Source: Bdellovibrionota bacterium
GTDB taxonomy: Bacteria; Bdellovibrionota_C; UBA2361; JBGSMV01
Reading direction: 5' to 3'
NCBI GenBank assembly: GCA_044356455.1
Contig: JBIKWF010000033.1
Location: 1 to 40,992, forward strand
Length of the DNA: 40,992 bases
A program made the translations under genes and the position numbers. Each line of letters starts with the position of its first letter. The first letter of the stretch is position 1. Positions 35,676-40,992 of this stretch are shown here, piece after piece. Under the pieces are notes generated by a model. The model did no database searches and was not told the DNA's origin. It saw nothing but the letters and a program-made list of their open reading frames with translations.

Positions 35676-37619
35676 ATGAAAATACAAGTGCTGCCCGACC
35701 ATGTGGCGAATCAGATTGCTGCGGGCGAAGTTGTCGAGCGACCCGCCTCTGTCGTTCGCGAGCTTGTGGACAATGCAATAGATGCAGGAGCGACGGAAGT
35801 TACCATTGCACTTCGCGCCGGAGGTCACTCTTCGATAGTTATTACGGATAATGGCAGTGGGATGGACAGAGAAGATGCCATCTTAGCCTTTAAACGCCAT
35901 GCCACCTCCAAGATTACCTCTCTCACTGATCTCGATTCTCTCCAAACGTTAGGATTCCGTGGGGAAGCGTTACCCTCTATTGCCTCAGTGAGCATGGTGC
36001 GCCTGCGCACGCGTACGAAAGATGCAGAGAAGGGCCTCGAGCTTTCGCTAAAGGCAGGAGAGCAAACGAGCCTTGCCACGGTAGCAGCGCCTCTTGGAAC
36101 TGAATTTGAAGTAGCGCATCTCTTTTTTAATACTCCTGCGCGTAAGAAGTTCCAAAAGACGCAGCGTAGCGAGGAAATGCGCATCAAGCAGTGGCTGCTG
36201 CACTATGCCATGGGAGCGCATGGCGTTCATTTCAGGCTGCTTTTTGACGACCGAGAGATTCTTAATCTTCCCAAGCGAGCCTCCCTTACCGAGCGGGCAG
36301 AAAGCCTTATTCGTGGGAGCTCGGTCGCTATTGACCTTAAAGTGAATGGAATTCGGGTTGAAGGAGTTCTGGCGCATCCCTCTCAGGCGCATGGAGAGGC
36401 GCATGCGCTTGCGGTGCTTGTGAATAAGCGACTTATTAGCGATCGCATGATTCTGCGCGCGGCAAAGGATGGGTTTGGATCGTCGCTTAAAGATAGAGAG
36501 TTCCCCGTGGGCGTGCTCCATCTTGAGATGGACTCAAGGATGGTTGACGTTAACGTGCACCCTCAGAAGAGCGAAGTGCGCTTCAAGGATTCCTCTCAAG
36601 TATACGTAGCAGTGCTTCGCGCGGTGCAGGCCGCGATTGCTGATTTTAAATCTCCGGTTCAGGGGAATGATGCAAGTCGAGCGGGCCGCCCTGGGGAGCT
36701 TGGAGTTGGCGGAAATAGCGCTGGCGCAGTTCCATTCTACCGACGGGATTCTTTTGGGGCTGGTCGCCCCGAATTTGCAAAGCAAGGAACTCCTCACGTG
36801 GTCTGGTCCGGTGGGGCTGTAGCTTCGCCCGCTTCAATTCCGGAGGGGGGAGCGTTGCCTCTAGAAGCAATGTTTGGACGCGGGGCAGGAAGCGAAGCAG
36901 GGCCGCGCATGAGCGCAGAGCAACTCTTTGGGCGTGATCCATTGAGTGGGCCATCGGATAAACCTGGCGCCGCAGCGGAGTCCGCTCCGCACTATGCGCC
37001 TCTCTCCGAAGAAGATTCTTCACGGCCTTTTAAGTTTCAGCGTTTGCGGTATTTAGCACAGCTTCTTGAGTGCTACCTGCTCTGTGAGGACTCGGGGCGA
37101 TTTGTGGTTGTCGACATGCACGCCGCGCATGAGCGCTACAATTATAATGTGGTGCGCAAAGCGCTTCGAGAGCGCTCCTCTAGTGCGCAGCGGCTGCTTG
37201 TTCCTCTTGAGTTCACGGTGTCTGAGCAGAGTGCCGTACATCTTGAAGAGCATGAGCCGCTTCTTTCTTCGATTGGATTTGAGCTCGAAGTTTCGCCTCA
37301 GGGTCAGGTGCGGGTCCTGCAAGTGCCGAGCTTGCTCGTCAATAGAGATGTACAGAGCACGCTCAAGCAAATTGGGATGGTAGACCCCGAGGAAGGAGGG
37401 GGCGCGGCAGCGTACGAGTATCTCGTTGACCAAATTGCGGCCCGCATTGCTTGTCATGCCAGCATTAGATCTGGAAAAGTTATGACTTCCGAAGAAGCCT
37501 ACGCGCTCTTTGAGCTCATGGATTCCAGTGAATGCAGCGCGGCCTGCCCCCACGGCCGGCCCGTCGTCGTGTCGTTCTCTCAGGCAGATGTCGAGCGCTG
37601 GTTTGGCAGAGACCGGTAA
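35676..37619 (+). CDS. mutL: DNA mismatch repair endonuclease MutL
   Basis: NQIAAGEVVERP, GFRGEAL, VDVNVHP, DMHAAHER, ACH and CPHGRP. Confidence 0.98.
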   Translation: MKIQVLPDHVANQIAAGEVVERPASVVRELVDNAIDAGATEVTIALRAGGHSSIVITDNGSGMDREDAILAFKRHATSKITSLTDLDSLQTLGFRGEALPSIASVSMVRLRTRTKDAEKGLELSLKAGEQTSLATVAAPLGTEFEVAHLFFNTPARKKFQKTQRSEEMRIKQWLLHYAMGAHGVHFRLLFDDREILNLPKRASLTERAESLIRGSSVAIDLKVNGIRVEGVLAHPSQAHGEAHALAVLVNKRLISDRMILRAAKDGFGSSLKDREFPVGVLHLEMDSRMVDVNVHPQKSEVRFKDSSQVYVAVLRAVQAAIADFKSPVQGNDASRAGRPGELGVGGNSAGAVPFYRRDSFGAGRPEFAKQGTPHVVWSGGAVASPASIPEGGALPLEAMFGRGAGSEAGPRMSAEQLFGRDPLSGPSDKPGAAAESAPHYAPLSEEDSSRPFKFQRLRYLAQLLECYLLCEDSGRFVVVDMHAAHERYNYNVVRKALRERSSSAQRLLVPLEFTVSEQSAVHLEEHEPLLSSIGFELEVSPQGQVRVLQVPSLLVNRDVQSTLKQIGMVDPEEGGGAAAYEYLVDQIAARIACHASIRSGKVMTSEEAYALFELMDSSECSAACPHGRPVVVSFSQADVERWFGRDR

Positions 37620-37633
37620 AAGGCGCCGGTGTC

Positions 37634-38794
37634 ATGGGCGAAGAACTAAGTAAGATTGTAGTCGTAGCGGGTCCAACCGCCTCTGGGAAAAGCGCATGGG
37701 GAGTTTCGCTCGCCAAGGGGCTTGCCGCGCGTGGGAGTGAAGCTGAGATTGTCTCGCTTGATTCCGTGCAGGTCTATAAAGAGTTTGAAATTGGCTCGGC
37801 GAAGATAGCCGAGGAAGAGAAATGTGGTATCCCGCACCATCTTTTGAGCGTGCTTGAGCCGCAAGAGAAACTTGATGCGCAGCGCTTTCTCGAGTTGGCT
37901 AAGGAGGCGATTAGCTCAATCCAAGCCAAAGGCAAGGTTCCGATTGTTGTGGGCGGGACCACGATGTATTTGACCATGCTCTTGCATGGGCTTTCCTCTA
38001 TTCCACAAGCTGATGAAGAGCTGCGAGCGGAGCTTGGAGCGATGAGCGATGAAGATCTGTATGCAGAGCTCATCGCAGGTGACCCTGACACACGGCTTCA
38101 TCCGCACGATCGCACGCGGGTCCTGCGCGCAGTCGAGGCCCTAAGGACAAAAGGTATGCCGCTTTCAAAGATTCATGCGGCTCATGGTTTTCGGGAGTCT
38201 CAGTACCGCGCGCTCATTCTCTTGCCCTGTTTTTCGCGAGCGGCGCTTTATGAGCGAATAAATATGAGAGCTCGCCTTATGGTTGAGGGCGGGCTCTTGG
38301 AAGAAACGAGGGGGCTCGTACAGCGCTATGGAGAGGATCTCCATGGGCTTCGCGCTCTCGGGTACCGCCAAGCCCTGCAAGTCCTCAAAGGAGAAATCCC
38401 GGACGAGGAGTTAGGAGCAGATGTCGCACAGTTCACCCGCAACTTCGCCAAGCGCCAAATGACCTATTTCAGGAACGAGCCCAGCAAAAGGGGCTGGGCC
38501 CAGTCTCCCCCCCAGCCAAATAGGACACCCAAAGTCGCGGCCAACCCAATAAGGACACCCACAAACCAAGGACCTTCCCCCGGCCAGTCCGAAGAGAACC
38601 TCGAAGATAACCTAAAAAGGACACCCAAGGTTGGCGCGAGGGCCTCTGACAGTCAGTTAGGGGATTTTGAGACCTTAGCTCTAACGCCGGGGTCTTTGGC
38701 CGAAGCCGTCCATGGTTGGCTGCTAGCCCCTCAGGAACTTAATAAAATCTGGTACCTAGCCGGAGAGCTGCTTTTGGGGGCGGATTGTAGATAG
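37634..38794 (+). CDS. miaA: tRNA dimethylallyltransferase with a C-terminal extension
   Basis: GPTASGKS, DSVQVY, IGSAK, PHHL, VGGTTMY and TRNFAKRQMTYFR; mutL-miaA synteny; ATG 37634. Confidence 0.95.
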   Translation: MGEELSKIVVVAGPTASGKSAWGVSLAKGLAARGSEAEIVSLDSVQVYKEFEIGSAKIAEEEKCGIPHHLLSVLEPQEKLDAQRFLELAKEAISSIQAKGKVPIVVGGTTMYLTMLLHGLSSIPQADEELRAELGAMSDEDLYAELIAGDPDTRLHPHDRTRVLRAVEALRTKGMPLSKIHAAHGFRESQYRALILLPCFSRAALYERINMRARLMVEGGLLEETRGLVQRYGEDLHGLRALGYRQALQVLKGEIPDEELGADVAQFTRNFAKRQMTYFRNEPSKRGWAQSPPQPNRTPKVAANPIRTPTNQGPSPGQSEENLEDNLKRTPKVGARASDSQLGDFETLALTPGSLAEAVHGWLLAPQELNKIWYLAGELLLGADCR

Positions 38795-38982
38795 GCGTCT
38801 GATTAGGTATAACCCAAGGCCCGCGACCATGCTTATTTGGCTTTAGGTTCTTGTCCCCGGAAGTAAGGCTGTGGAATTTTTGCAAGTTTGTGTCGCTCCA
38901 AGATTGCTTGGGGGGCCTCTGAAAGAGTCACTTCTGTGAGTCTTTAGTTTTGAGTGCCATTAGATTTGGATTGATTAGATAC

Positions 38983-39969
38983 ATGGCTACCATTCTACAT
39001 CCGCTCGACTTTGAGCGACCACTCGTAGACCTTGAAATGCAGCTTGAAGCGCTCAAGGATCAGATAGCGAGCGGCGATCAGACGCGGCTTGACGAATATG
39101 CGAAGCTTGAGGCTCGTGTCGCCAAGCTGCGCGATGATATTTATGGGTCGCTAACGCCTTATCAGAGAGTGCAGTTGTCGCGGCATTTTGACCGCCCCTT
39201 CACTCTCGATTTCGTCAAGCACATCATGTCTGATTTCGTTGAGTTTCATGGGGACAGGCTCTTTAGAGACGATCCTGCCATTGTAGCCGGCACGGCGCGG
39301 CTCGGAGAGCTCCCGGTCATGATCGTCGGCCACCAACGTGGCCGCACTACCCAAGAGCGCTTACTTCGAAATTTTGGCATGCCTCAGCCAGAGGGGTATC
39401 GCAAGGCACTTCGGCTTTTTCGCATGGCAGAAAAGTTCGGTATGCCCCTTTTGACCTTTGTCGATACCCAGGGAGCATATCCTGGACTTGAAGCTGAGGA
39501 ACGTGGACAGGCCGAGGCTATCGCCCGCAATTTAGCTGAGCTTTCTGAGTTCACGGTGCCGATTGTTTCAGTGGTAATTGGGGAAGGTGGAAGCGGCGGC
39601 GCTCTTGCGCTAGGGGTCGCGGACAGGATTCTGATGCTTGAAAACGCCTGTTACTCGGTTATTACCCCAGAGGGCTGCGCATCAATTTTGTGGCATCATG
39701 ATAGGAGCGAACCTCCGCTCGCCCAAGCTGCGCAAGCCGCTGAAATGCTGCAGCTAACCGCCCGAGATCTCGAGCGGAACCGGGTAATTGATGAAGTGGT
39801 ACCTGAGCCCCTGGGCGGTGCACATACCAATCACGCGGAGGCGGCCGAGTTGCTTAGGTCGGCGCTCGTACGTAATCTTGAGGAGCTTGGAAAATTAAAC
39901 GTCCAGGAGCTTCTCGATAAGCGTTACAAGAAGTTCCGTGCGATGGGCGTATTTACAGGGGATGCCTAA
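38983..39969 (+). CDS. accA: Acetyl-CoA carboxylase carboxyltransferase alpha subunit
   Basis: LDFERP, HGDR, RNFGMPQPEGYRKALR, EERGQ, GEGGSGGALA and EPLGGAH. Confidence 0.98.
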   Translation: MATILHPLDFERPLVDLEMQLEALKDQIASGDQTRLDEYAKLEARVAKLRDDIYGSLTPYQRVQLSRHFDRPFTLDFVKHIMSDFVEFHGDRLFRDDPAIVAGTARLGELPVMIVGHQRGRTTQERLLRNFGMPQPEGYRKALRLFRMAEKFGMPLLTFVDTQGAYPGLEAEERGQAEAIARNLAELSEFTVPIVSVVIGEGGSGGALALGVADRILMLENACYSVITPEGCASILWHHDRSEPPLAQAAQAAEMLQLTARDLERNRVIDEVVPEPLGGAHTNHAEAAELLRSALVRNLEELGKLNVQELLDKRYKKFRAMGVFTGDA

Positions 39970-40001
39970 AGGGCTAAAAATTAAGAAAATAGTGGAATTA
40001 C

Positions 40002-40250
40002 ATGGCCAAAGACGCGATTGAAATGCAAGGAACGGTGAAGGAGTGTTTCCCCAACACTACCTTCCGTGTACTCATGGATAATGGTCATGAGGTGCTCGCC
40101 TATCTCGCAGGCAAGATGCGCCGTTTCTATATTCGAGTGCTCCCTGGCGACCAGGTCATTGTTGAAATCTCTCCTTATGACCTTTCAAAGGGCCGTATTG
40201 TGCGCCGAGTAAGCGAGGCCAGAATGCCTCGGCCGCCAGGTGCTAACTAA
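40002..40250 (+). CDS. infA: Translation initiation factor IF-1
   Basis: [10 protein letters not shown]...FRV...GKMR...IRVLPGD...[10 protein letters not shown]. Confidence 0.97.
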   Translation: MAKDAIEMQGTVKECFPNTTFRVLMDNGHEVLAYLAGKMRRFYIRVLPGDQVIVEISPYDLSKGRIVRRVSEARMPRPPGAN

Positions 40251-40572
40251 GATTTATACTTTCCGTTTCTCGCCTTGAGAAATCTCGTATCCCGGTTTGA
40301 ATACCTTGGGTCGGGAGTACTTCGCCTATTCATGCAGCGCTGACTAAACAAGAGACTGAGCGATAGCCTCGGCCTCGCGCACTCCCGAAGGCATGGCTCC
40401 ATGGCTATTATGGCTCCAAATCGGACACCCATAATTTCTCGCCTCTCGAAGCAACTTTTTCCCGAAAGCTCCGAATATAAGCGGACACGAGATCTGTCCC
40501 GTAAAAAACTCTGCCCCCACATGTTGTGGTGGCAGCCGGGCACTCTCCCAGCTTTATTCGGAACTATCGGCC

Positions 40573-40992
40573 ATGACTGGAGCACGCAGCGAAGTCTTTA
40601 AGAAAGACGAGATTGGTTTCTACCACTGCATCTCGCGCTGCGTCCGGAGGGCTTACCTCTGTGGTTACGACGAGCTCACAGGTGCCTCCTTCGAGCATCG
40701 CCGCTCGTGGATCCGAGACAGACTAAGCGGTCTCTCCAAGGTCTTCTGCATAGAAATCGCCGCCTACGCTATTATGGCGAACCACCTCCATACCCTTATA
40801 AGAAATAGACCCGACATCGGAGCGAAGCTCAGCCCTAAGGACGTAGCCAAGAGATGGCTCAGGCTTTTTCCCCTGCGCTGGGTGAACGGGCGTCCTGCTG
40901 AGCCCAATGAGTTTGAGATCTACACCATCACCAGTGACCCCGGGCAGGTAGAGATTTATAGGGAGAGACTCTGCTGCATTAGCTGGCTAAAC
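40573..40992 (+). CDS. HUH/Y1 (IS200-superfamily, RAYT-like) transposase, running off the window end
   Basis: Manual translation: MTGARSEVFKKDEIGFYHCISRCVRRAYLCG...FEHRRSWI...FCIEIAAYAIMANHLHTL...RWLRLF...RERLCCISWLN, with HLH as the HUH motif. The frame is open to the window edge, so it is absent from the ORF track. Confidence 0.88.
   Translation, partial: MTGARSEVFKKDEIGFYHCISRCVRRAYLCGYDELTGASFEHRRSWIRDRLSGLSKVFCIEIAAYAIMANHLHTLIRNRPDIGAKLSPKDVAKRWLRLFPLRWVNGRPAEPNEFEIYTITSDPGQVEIYRERLCCISWLN

Noticed and set aside
37532..37633. ORF-track N-terminal extension of miaA overlapping mutL
   Set aside because: ATG 37634 gives the normal MiaA start just before the P-loop.

Overview
Bacterial chromosomal window of about 55% GC (by eye); gene content and order suggest a deltaproteobacterial or Bdellovibrionota-like lineage (inference only). 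It starts with the 3' end (domains V-VI) of a group II intron and a perfect 48-bp palindrome, followed by an S9A oligopeptidase, tRNA-Leu(TAG), tig-clpP-clpX-lon and tRNA-Val(TAC). An accessory stretch from about 9.9 to 25.6 kb contains a GTAG-REP/REPIN cluster, at least four copies of a ~136-bp palindromic MITE-like element placed between single genes, a phage-like gene fragment, an HDOD/PAS-kinase/sigma54-target module, an RsmI-like plus RbfA-like pair, and a foreign-looking lipoprotein/aspartyl-protease islet behind a strongly structured 5' region. Housekeeping genes follow: CPBP protease, plsB-like, rpoZ with a long acidic tail, relA/spoT, an HtrA-type protease, mutL, an extended miaA, accA and infA. 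The window ends inside a HUH/Y1 (RAYT-like) transposase that is missing from the ORF track. All calls were made by eye, without database searches.
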